Below are positions 10,151-24,792 of a stretch of 64,000 bases of DNA, in pieces. The stretch's first letter is position 1; each line of letters begins with the position of its first letter. Position numbers and translations under genes: made by a program. The DNA is taken from NCBI GenBank assembly GCA_963746845.1, contig CAVVCZ010000004.1, forward strand, positions 992,001 through 1,056,000, read 5' to 3'. Under the pieces are notes generated by a model. It was not told where the DNA came from, ran no database searches, and saw only the letters and a list, made by a program, of their open reading frames with translations. This DNA is from an uncultured Chloroflexia bacterium. Lineage in GTDB: Bacteria; Chloroflexota; Limnocylindria; Limnocylindrales; CSP1-4.

Positions 10151-10443
10151 TCGCCGGCGAGGATCGCGGGAACGACCACGTAGCCGCCGTCGGTCTCGGA
10201 GGCGTTCCGGAGGACCTCCTCGACCGGCAGCGACGGCGTCACCACGTCGTCGCGGAGGATGTTCTCGAGCTCGATCGTCTGTGCCGTCGGCGGGATGTCG
10301 TCGGTGTCGATCTCGGCGAGCTTCGCGTACTGGTCGAGGATGTGGTTGAGCTGGCCCTGGAGGCGTGCCAGCTCCTCGTCGGACAGCCCGAGGCGGGCGA
10401 GGTGGGCGACGTGCTCGACGTCGCTGCGGGACAGGCCGGACAT
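10147..10443 (-). CDS. gatC: Asp-tRNA(Asn)/Glu-tRNA(Gln) amidotransferase subunit C
   Basis: MSGLSRSDVEHVAHLARL...LRDD...VVPAIL. Its stop overlaps the gatA start. Confidence 0.95.
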   Translation of the reverse strand: MSGLSRSDVEHVAHLARLGLSDEELARLQGQLNHILDQYAKLAEIDTDDIPPTAQTIELENILRDDVVTPSLPVEEVLRNASETDGGYVVVPAILAGE

Positions 10444-10527
10444 GGGCCCGATGATCGCACGCGCGGCCGCGGTCGCGCGTGCTTGGTACTCTCGCGAGGC
10501 GTACGCAGCCCGATCCGGAGCCACCCG

Positions 10528-10899
10528 ATGTCCGATCCAGCCGACGTCATCCTCAAGCGGTTCGAGGAGCCCGACGAGGTCCGCGAGATGCCGTTCGGAC
10601 GGTTCGAGCTGATCACGGTCGGCGGGCAGACGATCGGCCGGGCGACATACCAGCCCGGCTGGCGCTGGTCGGAGCACGTCGGGCCCGGCCTCGGGCTCGA
10701 GCGCTGTCCGGTCGAGCACGTCGGGCTCGTTCTGTCGGGCACCGCGACGGCCGCGTTCGAGGACGGCCGGGTCGTCGAGCTCCGCGCCGGCGAGATGTTC
10801 CACATCCCGCCCGTTCCGCACGACAGCTGGGTGGTGGGCGACGAACCGTACGTGTCGCTCCACCTGGCCGGCGCCGAGCACTACGCCACCGACGAGTGA
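10528..10899 (+). CDS. Cupin domain protein
   Basis: QPGWRWSEHV, CPVEHVG, HIPPVPHDSWVVGDEP. GGAG SD precedes the ATG at 10528. Confidence 0.85.
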   Translation: MSDPADVILKRFEEPDEVREMPFGRFELITVGGQTIGRATYQPGWRWSEHVGPGLGLERCPVEHVGLVLSGTATAAFEDGRVVELRAGEMFHIPPVPHDSWVVGDEPYVSLHLAGAEHYATDE

Positions 10900-11113
10900 G
10901 CCTGCGTGTGTTCCGCGGGGCGGCACGCCGGAAACCGGACCGAGGTTTGCCCACGTTTCCCAGGCAGACCGGTCGGAGGCTGCTGCCCGACCGGTCCGTC
11001 CTGATGGCCACTCCCGAGTCCCACGACCTCATGCCGTCAGGTTCCGCCCTGACGGCGATCACATCGTCGACGGTCCGGCCGGATGTCGTCGTGGACCGCA
11101 CGACGAGGGGGCC

Positions 11114-11962
11114 ATGACGATCGCCAGCCAGCTGATCCGACCGATGACCGCAGCCGACCCCGAGCCCGCCGCCGACGTGCTCCGTCGCGGCGACTTCGGC
11201 GAGCGCCTCGGCTTCTTCCAGTGGGCGATCACCCAGCCCACGATCACGTCGTTCGTCGCCGAGGACGACGGCCGGATCATCGGGACCGGGGTCGCGTCGG
11301 TCCACGGGGGCGCCGGCTGGGTCGGGGTGATCTTCGTCGACGCGGCGTACCGCGGCAGCGGGCTTGGGCGCCGGATCACCCGGACGGTCGTCGATCACCT
11401 CGAGACGCACGGTGTCCGCTCGATGGTCCTGATCGCGTCGCCGATGGGCCGTCCGATCTACGAGCGCGAGGGGTTCCGGGCCTTCGAGCGCCAGGTCCGG
11501 TTCACGATCGACGGGCTGTCCCCCGCCGAGACGCCGCCGGACCCCCGGCTCCGCCCGTTCGCCCCGAGCGATCTCGACGCGCTGATCGCGCTGGACCGAA
11601 CGGTGACCGGCGAGGACCGCAGCACCGTCCTCCGGGCGCTCGTCGACACGACCACGACGACGGTCGCCCTCGGCTCGGATCGCCGGGTCCGCGGCTATGC
11701 GACCCGGTCCCCGTGGCGGGGCGGCGCGGTGATCGCGCCCGACCCGGACGACGCGCTCCGGCTGCTCGAGCGGCGGCGCCACACCACGGGTTTGAGCGGC
11801 AAGGCCGGCGCCGGCGTCCTGGAGAGCAACGCGGTCGGCCGCGCGCGGCTGCGCGAGGCGGGCTGGACGGAGGAGCTGGGCGGCGTCCGGATGATCCGCG
11901 GCGAGGCGCTCGACTGGACGCCGAACGGCATCTGGGGCCAGTTCAACGGGGCCCTGGGCTAG
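11114..11962 (+). CDS. GNAT family N-acetyltransferase (YitH/HolE-like tandem GNAT)
   Basis: Acetyl-CoA motif FVDAAYRGSGLGRRI, LIASPMGRPIYEREGF, and LDRTVTGEDR in the second domain. Confidence 0.88.
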   Translation: MTIASQLIRPMTAADPEPAADVLRRGDFGERLGFFQWAITQPTITSFVAEDDGRIIGTGVASVHGGAGWVGVIFVDAAYRGSGLGRRITRTVVDHLETHGVRSMVLIASPMGRPIYEREGFRAFERQVRFTIDGLSPAETPPDPRLRPFAPSDLDALIALDRTVTGEDRSTVLRALVDTTTTTVALGSDRRVRGYATRSPWRGGAVIAPDPDDALRLLERRRHTTGLSGKAGAGVLESNAVGRARLREAGWTEELGGVRMIRGEALDWTPNGIWGQFNGALG

Positions 11963-11990
11963 CTCGATGCGCCGCCGGCCACCCGCGCGT

Positions 11991-12017
11991 TTTCCGCGCG
12001 CGCCGTCCGCGCGGAAA
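11991..12017. terminator. Hairpin after the GNAT gene, possible terminator
   Basis: Inverted repeat TTTCCGCGCG-N7-CGCGCGGAAA. Confidence 0.5.
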
Positions 12018-12473
12018 GGCTCAAACGACAGCCACCTGCGCCTCAGCGACTCCGGTCGCTCCTCGAGCGCGGGTTCGTTAGCCGGCGGAGGCTGACCCCG
12101 GCCAGATTCCGGCCAGAGTCCGGCCGGACTCCTCCACCCGTGATGGATATGGTCGTGGTGGCTGTCGAATGCGTCACTCGTAGTCCGGGGCTCCGTTCAG
12201 ACCGGCCCGGAGGCCGGGCGCCGGGCTGTCCGGTCCCTGGTTCGTCTCCCACGTGGCCGTGACACACGCAACGACCCGGGCCGGCCACGGTTTCGAAGGC
12301 TGCGAGCGTGGCCCGGCCGTTCGAGGTTCTCGCACGTGGCGGAGGCACCCGAGACGAGACGCACGATCGTTCGTGCGTGGATCTGACACACGCACGACAA
12401 CACCAGCGGACCGAATTCGCCCGGATTCGGCCGCCCGGAGATGCATCCGGGCGTCCTGGCTGTCGATTGAGCC
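12018..12473. repeat. 456-bp non-coding element bounded by 17-bp inverted repeats (REPIN/MITE-like)
   Basis: GGCTCAAACGACAGCCA (12018-12034) versus TGGCTGTCGATTGAGCC (12457-12473), 16/17 complementary. An internal copy lies at 12157-12172. The element sits between convergent genes and has no credible ORF. Confidence 0.6.
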
Positions 12474-12485
12474 GTGTTCGGCCCG

Positions 12486-12878
12486 TCAGTCGCGGGTGAC
12501 GGCGGTCAGGTTGACCGTCAGGAGGATGCCCGGCTTCGGCAGCTCTGCGACGCCGATCACCGTCCGGGCCGGGCGGTGGCTGCCCATCCGCTCGGTGTAG
12601 GCCGCGTTCATTGCCTCGAAATCGGTCATGTGCAGCAGGAAGACCGTGACGTGGACGACGTGATCGAGATCCGATCCGACGGATTCCAGCATCACCCCGA
12701 CGTTGTCGATGATCTGGAGCGTCTGGCTCCCGACGTCCTCGCCGGCGAGCGCGCCGGTTGAGGGATCGACGCCGGCGCTGGCGCCGATCGTGATCGACGA
12801 CCCGACCTTCGCGATGTGGTGGTATGGCCCGATCGGGGTGGGCGTGTTCGGCGGGGTGCTGGTCTCGACTTTCGGCAT
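12486..12878 (-). CDS. RidA/YjgF/UK114 family protein
   Basis: PTPIGPY, DFEAMNAAY, PARTVIGVAELP (conserved Arg). Confidence 0.88.
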   Translation of the reverse strand: MPKVETSTPPNTPTPIGPYHHIAKVGSSITIGASAGVDPSTGALAGEDVGSQTLQIIDNVGVMLESVGSDLDHVVHVTVFLLHMTDFEAMNAAYTERMGSHRPARTVIGVAELPKPGILLTVNLTAVTRD

Positions 12879-12890
12879 CCGGGGCTCCCT

Positions 12891-18417
<5,527 letters not shown>

Positions 18418-18434
<17 letters not shown>

Positions 18435-18795
18435 ACCGACGGTCCGGCCAGTCGGCGATGTCGTCGGGCGGCATCGGGAGGACCTCGATGAACCCGTTGA
18501 CCGGACGCGGGTTGCCTCGCCCGCGACGCGGCGGTGGGTCCACCCGGTAGCGGTACCCCACCGGATGCCCATCGGGCGTCCGCATGTAGAACCCGTCGCC
18601 GTCGATGCGGAAGAACCACTGCTCGCCGTCGACCACGAGGCGGCGACCGTCCTTCCGGACCGCGAACGCGGCGCCGATGGACAGCGTCCAGGGATCGAGA
18701 CCGAGCGGGTTCGGGGCGAGCGTCAGGGCCGGAATCAATCTCCCCGAGAGATCGGCGGCAGCCGAAGCCGGGAGACGACGCGGCGCGAGTCGCAA
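18418..18795 (-). CDS. Hypothetical protein (start uncertain)
   Basis: Aromatic-rich, protein-like core (LVVDGEQWFFRIDGDGFYMRTPDGHPVGYRY). It overlaps the xylB 3' end convergently and contains no recognisable motif. Confidence 0.4.
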
Positions 18796-18891
18796 CTCGA
18801 CTCGGATCCGGTGGCGACACGCTTGGCAAGGTGCCGAATCGCAACCTGGATGAGCGTGCAGGAGGCCAGACTGAGTCGAGATGCGACTCAG
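18787..18891. repeat. Pair of self-palindromic 17-bp inverted repeats
   Basis: GAGTCGCAACTCGACTC (18787-18803) and GAGTCGAGATGCGACTC (18873-18889) are 16/17 reverse-complementary. Confidence 0.6.
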
Positions 18892-18910
18892 CCGGCCCGG
18901 ACGCGGCGCC

Positions 18911-19771
18911 TCAGCGGAGCTCCGCGAGCTCCTTCTCGGAGACCTCCTCGGGTCGTTTGCCCATGATGATCATCGCCAGGACCTCGTCCTTGGTCACCTT
19001 GTTCTTCTCGACCACGCCGACGAGGTGGCCGAGGTGCATGACCGCGATCCGGTCCGACAGGTCGAACACGTCGTGGATGTCGTGACTGATCAGGAAGATC
19101 GCGATCCCCTCGTTCTTCAGCTGCGCGACGAGGTCGCGGACCTGCGCAGTCTCCTGCGGGCCGAGGGCCGCGGTGGGCTCGTCCATGATCAGGATCCGGG
19201 CGTTGAACTCGATGGCCCGCCCGATCGCGATCGACTGGCGCTGGCCGCCGGACAGGGACTTCACAGGCACCTTGAAGTTCTTGAACCGGGGGTTCAGACG
19301 GCCGATCACCTTCCGGGTCGCGGACTCCATAGCCGCGTCATTGAGCGATCCGAAGCGAGTCCGCAGCTCCCGGCCGAGGAAGACATTGCCCGAGGCGTCG
19401 ATGTTGTCGGCCAGGGCCAGCGTCTGGTAGATCGTCTCGATCCCGTAGTTCTTGGCGTCGCGCGGGTTGGAGATCGAGACGGTCTTGCCGTCGATGAGGA
19501 TCTCGCCGGAGTCGGGCGGACGGGCGCCGGACAGGGCCCGCATGAGCGTCGACTTGCCGGCGCCGTTGCCGCCGACGAGGCCGACGACCTCGCCCGGGTG
19601 GAGGTCGATCGTGACGTCGTTCACCGCGTGGACGCCGCCGAAGGCGATCTTGATGTTGCGCATCTCGACGATCGGCGCCGACGCCGCCGCCGGCGCGGCC
19701 GGAGCGGGCGACGGAGCCGGATCCGCCGGCGCCTCGGACGGGACCTGGGGGGTGCCGTTGGTCTCGGTCAT
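18911..19771 (-). CDS. xylG: Sugar (xylose) ABC transporter ATP-binding protein, single ATPase domain
   Basis: [31 protein letters not shown]. The ATG overlaps the xylH stop. Confidence 0.9.
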   Translation of the reverse strand: MTETNGTPQVPSEAPADPAPSPAPAAPAAASAPIVEMRNIKIAFGGVHAVNDVTIDLHPGEVVGLVGGNGAGKSTLMRALSGARPPDSGEILIDGKTVSISNPRDAKNYGIETIYQTLALADNIDASGNVFLGRELRTRFGSLNDAAMESATRKVIGRLNPRFKNFKVPVKSLSGGQRQSIAIGRAIEFNARILIMDEPTAALGPQETAQVRDLVAQLKNEGIAIFLISHDIHDVFDLSDRIAVMHLGHLVGVVEKNKVTKDEVLAMIIMGKRPEEVSEKELAELR

Positions 19772-21105
19772 CGTGCCGACCTCCGCCGCAGGTAGGAATC
19801 GAGGCCGACGACCGCGACGAGGACGATGCCCACGACGACGTCCTGTGTCGGCGAGTCGACGTTCAGCAGCAGCATCCCCGAGCGAAGCGACTGCATGACG
19901 ACCGCACCGAGGATCGCCCCGGCGATCGTCCCGATCCCACCGGCGAACGACGTGCCGCCGATGACCGCGGCTGCGATCACGTCCAGCTCGGCCTGGACGC
20001 CGAGGTTCGTCGTCGCGCCGTTCAGGCGCGCGGTCTGGATCGCCGCGCTGATCGCAACGAGGATCCCCATGAGCGCGAAGGTGAACATCACGGTCCGACG
20101 CGTGTTGATGCCGCCCAGCTCGGCGGCCTCCGGGTTCCCGCCGAGGGCGTAGACGTACCGGCCGAACCGCCGGCGGGTCGCGATGATCGTCATCACGAGA
20201 CCCACGCCGATCAGGATCAGGACCGGGTACGCCACGCCGACCGGCACGATCAGGCCGCCCGGCGGCTCGGTGATTCCGTGCTCCGCGGCGTACTGGGTCG
20301 CGACGAGCGGCGGCAGCGGGTAGCTGTTCAGGAACCAGACCGCCCCGAGGACCGCTCCGCAGCCGACGACCCCGACGAGCACCTCGGCCCACATCGGCCG
20401 GACCTGGAAGCCGTATTTCCGGCGCCGACGCCGGCCGCTCAACAGCGTGTAGATGATGCCCGCACAGATCACGATCCCGAGAACCCAGCTGGCGGTCGCG
20501 CCGAGGGCGCCGACGCGGACGCCTCCCGCCGTGACCGTCCCGGCGCCGAGCATCTGGAAGGTCTCGTCGAGCGGGGCGATGGTCTGGCCCTTCGCGTACT
20601 GGAAGATCAAACCGCGCCAGACCAGGAACCCGCCGAGCGTCACGATGAACGCGGGAACACCGCCGTACGAGACGATGAAGCCGGTGAAGCACCCGAGCAG
20701 CGCGCCGAGCGCGATCCCGATCGCCAGCGCCGCAACGAACATGAACGGCCAGTCGTAGCCGAGTCCAAGACCGTTCGGCAGCCAGTCGGACTGGGCCATC
20801 GCCATCGTGTAGCCGACGAACCCGAGCATCGAGCCGATCGACAGGTCGATGTTCCGGGACACGATGATCAGGACCATGCCCGTCGCCATGATCGCGGTCG
20901 AGGAGCTCTGGACCGAGAGGTTCCAGATGTTGCGGGGCGTGATGTACGTCCCGCCCGAGGCGAGGTTGAACCCGATCCAGATCGCGGCGAGCAGGGCGAG
21001 CAACCCGAACAGTCGGGTGTCGATCTCGGTCGCGGCCAGCAGTGTTCGGAACGACCGCGGCGCGGATTGCGCGGCGCTGGTCTGGGGGGCCGAAGCCTGA
21101 GTCAT
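19768..21105 (-). CDS. xylH: Sugar (xylose) ABC transporter permease
   Basis: [46 protein letters not shown]. Confidence 0.92.
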   Translation of the reverse strand: MTQASAPQTSAAQSAPRSFRTLLAATEIDTRLFGLLALLAAIWIGFNLASGGTYITPRNIWNLSVQSSSTAIMATGMVLIIVSRNIDLSIGSMLGFVGYTMAMAQSDWLPNGLGLGYDWPFMFVAALAIGIALGALLGCFTGFIVSYGGVPAFIVTLGGFLVWRGLIFQYAKGQTIAPLDETFQMLGAGTVTAGGVRVGALGATASWVLGIVICAGIIYTLLSGRRRRRKYGFQVRPMWAEVLVGVVGCGAVLGAVWFLNSYPLPPLVATQYAAEHGITEPPGGLIVPVGVAYPVLILIGVGLVMTIIATRRRFGRYVYALGGNPEAAELGGINTRRTVMFTFALMGILVAISAAIQTARLNGATTNLGVQAELDVIAAAVIGGTSFAGGIGTIAGAILGAVVMQSLRSGMLLLNVDSPTQDVVVGIVLVAVVGLDSYLRRRSAR

Positions 21106-21150
21106 CGTGCAGCCTCGCCTGCTCGGTCCTGGACGAATCGCACTATACGG

Positions 21151-21187
21151 AAACGCCCTGCGCCCGGCGGAGCCGGAGCGCAGGGCG
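21151..21187 (-). terminator. Stem-loop between xylF and xylH (partial terminator or mRNA stabiliser)
   Basis: CGCCCTGCGC(T)CCGGC...CCGGGCGCAGGGCG hairpin followed by TTT on the minus strand. Confidence 0.55.
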
Positions 21188-21219
21188 AGAGCGGTCGGGG
21201 TTGAGCGTGGACGGGTCCG

Positions 21220-22341
21220 CTAGCAGCCCTTGACGGAGCCGGCGGTCACGTCCTTGCAGAGATCGGCCTTCGTGATCCACCCGGCGTCGAGAACGACGTT
21301 CAGGTTGTCCTTCGTGATCGGGGCCGGCGTGAGCAGGATCGAGTTGATGTCGTTCCCGCCCGGGGTGTGGAACTTGGCGGCGCCGGCGACGGCGTCGACC
21401 TTGGTCCCGTTGCACAGCTGCGCGGCGACCTGGGCGGCCGTCGTGCCGAGGATCCGGGCATCCTTCCAGACGTCGACCGTCTGGGTCCCGAGCGCGACCC
21501 GGTTCAGGGCCGGCTTGTCGCCGTCCTGGCCGGACACCGGCACCTTGCCCGCGAGACCCTGGGCCTGGAGGGCGGCGATCGCGCCACCGGCCATGCCGTC
21601 GTTCTCCACGAACGCGATGTCGATCTTGTTGCTGTTGGCCGTCAGGAACTGCTCCATCGACGTCTGGGCGTTCTTGGGATCCCAGTTGTCGGTGTAGCTC
21701 TCGCCGACGTTCTTCAACTTGTCGTTCGACTGACCCGCCTCCGGGAGGCCCGCCTGAACCATGCCCTGGCGCAGGAAGTCGGCGTTGGCGTCGGCCTTGT
21801 TGCCCTTGATGACGACGTAGTTGCCGGCGTCCTTGAGCTTCAAGAGCGCCTCGGCCTGCATCTTGCCGACGAGGACGTTGTCGAAGGTGATGTAGAACGC
21901 GGCCGGATCCTCGATCAGGCGGTCATACGCGATGACCGGGACCCCCGCCTGGAGCGCCTTCGCGACGGACGGCTTGATGGCCGTGCCGTCCTGGGCGAGG
22001 ATGATCAGGACCTTCGCGCCCTGCGAGATCAGGTTGTCCACGTTGGTCGCCTGGGTCTCGGCCGACGACTTGGCGTCGTTCGAGATGTACTTCGCCCCGG
22101 CGGCGGTCAGGACGTTCTTGATCGCGGGCTCATCCCACTTGGCCCAGCGCTCCTCCTGGTAGTTGTTCCACGAAACGCCGACGGTGCAGCCGTTGGCCGC
22201 GACGACGCTCGGGGCGGGCGACCCGCCACCGCTGCCTCCACCGCCGCTCGCGGCGGGGCTGGGCGTCGCGGAGCTGTTGCACGCGCTGACGATGAGGCCG
22301 GCGACGGCAACCGCCGACGCCAACTTCCGACTGAAGTTCAT
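21220..22341 (-). CDS. xylF: D-xylose ABC transporter substrate-binding lipoprotein
   Basis: Lipobox LIVSAC, then QEERWAKWD, VIAYDRLI, YITFDN, NDGMAGG, SGQDGD. GAGGAGG SD precedes the ATG at 22341. Confidence 0.9.
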   Translation of the reverse strand: MNFSRKLASAVAVAGLIVSACNSSATPSPAASGGGGSGGGSPAPSVVAANGCTVGVSWNNYQEERWAKWDEPAIKNVLTAAGAKYISNDAKSSAETQATNVDNLISQGAKVLIILAQDGTAIKPSVAKALQAGVPVIAYDRLIEDPAAFYITFDNVLVGKMQAEALLKLKDAGNYVVIKGNKADANADFLRQGMVQAGLPEAGQSNDKLKNVGESYTDNWDPKNAQTSMEQFLTANSNKIDIAFVENDGMAGGAIAALQAQGLAGKVPVSGQDGDKPALNRVALGTQTVDVWKDARILGTTAAQVAAQLCNGTKVDAVAGAAKFHTPGGNDINSILLTPAPITKDNLNVVLDAGWITKADLCKDVTAGSVKGC

Positions 22342-22450
22342 CCAATTCTTCCTCCTCAAGAGACCCGGTCCCGGCAAGAACGTCGAAGTCCCGCGCTAGG
22401 CTACTCTCCTCCTCAAGTCTCTTCACGACGCCTGTGCGTCGTGCCCGACG

Positions 22451-23686
22451 TCATGCGCTTGCGCGCTCCAACAGGCCGATCCGCGGCCGCAACCAGCGGG
22501 CCGGGTCGGACAGGAATGGTTCGAAGGCAATCTCGGCGGCGCCGAGGATCGGTGCGTCGTCGCCGAGCGCCGCGGGTGCGAGGGCGAGGACCTCGCGCGA
22601 CGCGCGGAGGGCGTGACGGCGGAGCTCCGCGGCGACTGCGTCCTCGATGAACGGATAGAGGCGCTCGAACAGGCCGCCGAACACGACGAGCCGCGGGTTC
22701 AGGACGTTCACGAGGCCCGCGAGCCCGCGGCCCGTCCAGCGCCCGACCTCGTCGAGCGCGGCGAGCGCGATCGGATCGCCCGCGGCCGCATCCCGGAGAA
22801 CGGCATCGACGCCCGCGGTCCCCTCGTCGGCCGGCCGGCCGGCCCGCCGCAGCAGGGCCGCGGCGCCGATCTCGGTCTCCCAGCAGCCCGTCGAGCCGCA
22901 GCCGCACGCCACGCCGTCCGGGTTCACCGGCATGTGCCCGAGCTCGCCGCCGTAGCCGGCAACACCGGTGAGCAGCTGGCCGTCGACGAGGATTCCGCCG
23001 CCGACGCCGACCTCACCCGTCAGGTACAGGACCTGGTCGGCGCCGCGCGCCGCACCGCGTCGGGCCTCGGCGAGTGCACCGAGATCGGCCTCGTTCGCCA
23101 CCCGGATCGGCACGTTCAGGTCGAGGGCCGCCCGCAGCCGGTCACCGAGCGCGACCTCCGTCCAGCCGAGGTTCGGGGCCATCCACACGAACCCGTCCGA
23201 TCGTCGGACGACTCCGGCGACGGCGACACCGACCCCGATCAGGGCATCGCGACCACCGGTCTCGTCCAGGACGCGGTCGGCGAGCTCGGCCAGGTCGGCG
23301 GAGATGTCCTCGACCGAGCGGTGATCGCGCGGACGCTCGATCCGGTGCTCGCGGAGGATGACGCCGCCGAGGCCGATCACGGCCGCCGCGAGCGTGTCGA
23401 CCGCGACCTCGAGGGCGAGGACGACGATCCGGCCCGCCTCGGGCCGGACGAGCGGCGACGGCCGGCCGGGCAGGCCGAGCGGCACCGCGCGCTCCTCCGT
23501 CACGAGGCCAGCAGTGGCGAACTCGCCGATCAGACCGCGGATCGCGCTGCGGGTCAGACCGGTCCGGGCGACGAGCTCCGAGCGCGACAGCGAGCCGCGC
23601 ACGTGCAACTCGCGGACGATGGCGCTCAGGTTGGCACGACGAACAGTCTCGCTGCGCTGGCCGACGGAGTCGGCGGGAACGGTCAC
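22451..23686 (-). CDS. ROK family transcriptional repressor (XylR-like)
   Basis: N-terminal HTH (SRSELVARTGLTRSAI, GRP), NEADLGALAE, GELGHM, CGCGSTGCWE. GTG at 23686 was chosen; TTG at 23710 is an alternative. Confidence 0.93.
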   Translation of the reverse strand: MTVPADSVGQRSETVRRANLSAIVRELHVRGSLSRSELVARTGLTRSAIRGLIGEFATAGLVTEERAVPLGLPGRPSPLVRPEAGRIVVLALEVAVDTLAAAVIGLGGVILREHRIERPRDHRSVEDISADLAELADRVLDETGGRDALIGVGVAVAGVVRRSDGFVWMAPNLGWTEVALGDRLRAALDLNVPIRVANEADLGALAEARRGAARGADQVLYLTGEVGVGGGILVDGQLLTGVAGYGGELGHMPVNPDGVACGCGSTGCWETEIGAAALLRRAGRPADEGTAGVDAVLRDAAAGDPIALAALDEVGRWTGRGLAGLVNVLNPRLVVFGGLFERLYPFIEDAVAAELRRHALRASREVLALAPAALGDDAPILGAAEIAFEPFLSDPARWLRPRIGLLERASA

Positions 23687-23690
23687 CGAG

Positions 23691-23750
23691 TTTGTCAACC
23701 TCTTGTCCAAATGGTTGTGCTAGCGTGTGGCATGACCGTTGCAGTGTCAA
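23691..23750 (-). promoter_or_regulatory. Promoter of the ROK-xylFHG operon with a downstream ROK operator
   Basis: TTGACA (23745-23750)-N17-CACGCT (23722-23727), followed by the TTTG-N13-CAAA operator at 23691-23711. Confidence 0.65.
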
Positions 23751-23808
23751 GGCGCCCACCGTTCAGGACGGTTGCGCTCGAGGTGGGCGGAGGAGGCGCA
23801 CGGCCCGG

Positions 23809-24792
23809 ATGAGGCGACTGCGCTGGGGCATCCTCGGACCGGGGCGGATCGCCCCGCGGATCGCCCGGGCACTGACCGACAACCCGCGCGGTGAGCTCCA
23901 TGCGATCGCGAGCCGCGACGCCGATCGCGCGCGTGCTTTCGCGGATCGCCACGGGGCCGCGCGGGTCCATGACGCGTACGACGCGCTGCTGGCCGACCCG
24001 GACATCGACGTCGTGTACGTGGCGCTGCCGAACCATCTCCACGCCCCGTGGACGGTCCGGGCCCTCGACGCCGGCAAGCACGTGCTGTGCGAGAAGCCGG
24101 TCGCCCTGACGATCGAGGAGGTCGACCGGATCATCGCCGCGTCCGAGCGCAACCGACGGATCGCCGTCGAGGCGTTCATGTTCCTCCACCACCCCCAGAC
24201 CCAGCAGGCACTCGAGATCGCCCGTTCGGGGACGCTCGGCCCGCTCCAGGTCGTCAGCGGCGCGTTCTCGTTCCTGATCGCCTACCCGAACGATCCCCGG
24301 CTCGAGCCGGACATGGGCGGCGGGTCGCTGTGGGACGTCGGCTGCTATCCCGTGAGCATGACGCGGCGGATCGCCGGCGAAGAGCCGGACGGGATCGCGG
24401 GGTTCGCCCGGTTCGACGAGCGTGGGGTGGATCGGTCGTTCGTCGGGGAGCTGCGCTTCCCGAGCGGGCTGCTGGCGCACTTCGAGAGCGGATTTGCCGC
24501 CGCCGACCGCGAGCGCCTGGAGATCGTCGGGAGCGATGCCGTGCTCGTCCTCGAGCACCCGTTCCTGCCGGAGCCCGACGGACCGCCGCCGCTCGTGACG
24601 ATCCGCCGCGATGGGGCGACCGAGGTGATCGACGTCCCATCCGTCGACCACTATCGCTGTGAGGTCGACGATCTCCAGGCGGCGATCCTCGACGGCACAT
24701 CGCCCCGCGTCGACCTCGCGTTCAGCCGCGGCACAATCGCGACCCTCGTCGCCCTGGATCGGGCCGCGAGGGCCCCGCTGGTCCCGGCTTGA
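23809..24792 (+). CDS. Gfo/Idh/MocA oxidoreductase (D-xylose dehydrogenase-like)
   Basis: LRWGILGPGRIA, VYVALPNHLH, GKHVLCEKP, GGGSLWDVGCY. GGAGGAGG SD. Confidence 0.9.
   Translation: MRRLRWGILGPGRIAPRIARALTDNPRGELHAIASRDADRARAFADRHGAARVHDAYDALLADPDIDVVYVALPNHLHAPWTVRALDAGKHVLCEKPVALTIEEVDRIIAASERNRRIAVEAFMFLHHPQTQQALEIARSGTLGPLQVVSGAFSFLIAYPNDPRLEPDMGGGSLWDVGCYPVSMTRRIAGEEPDGIAGFARFDERGVDRSFVGELRFPSGLLAHFESGFAAADRERLEIVGSDAVLVLEHPFLPEPDGPPPLVTIRRDGATEVIDVPSVDHYRCEVDDLQAAILDGTSPRVDLAFSRGTIATLVALDRAARAPLVPA

Noticed and set aside
8570-10443. gatCA without gatB
   Set aside because: A separate gatB location is common, so this is not evidence of a novel function.
10930-10965. GGCAAACC on the minus strand resembling a c-di-GMP-I riboswitch
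   Set aside because: No GAAA tetraloop/receptor or GCAAA second stem follows.
12095-12135. Tandem 11-mers as a CRISPR array
   Set aside because: The repeats are too short, have no spacers, and there are no cas genes.
12230-12330. GGTTCG/GTTCGA segments resembling tRNA T-loops
   Set aside because: No cloverleaf, acceptor stem or anticodon arm could be formed.
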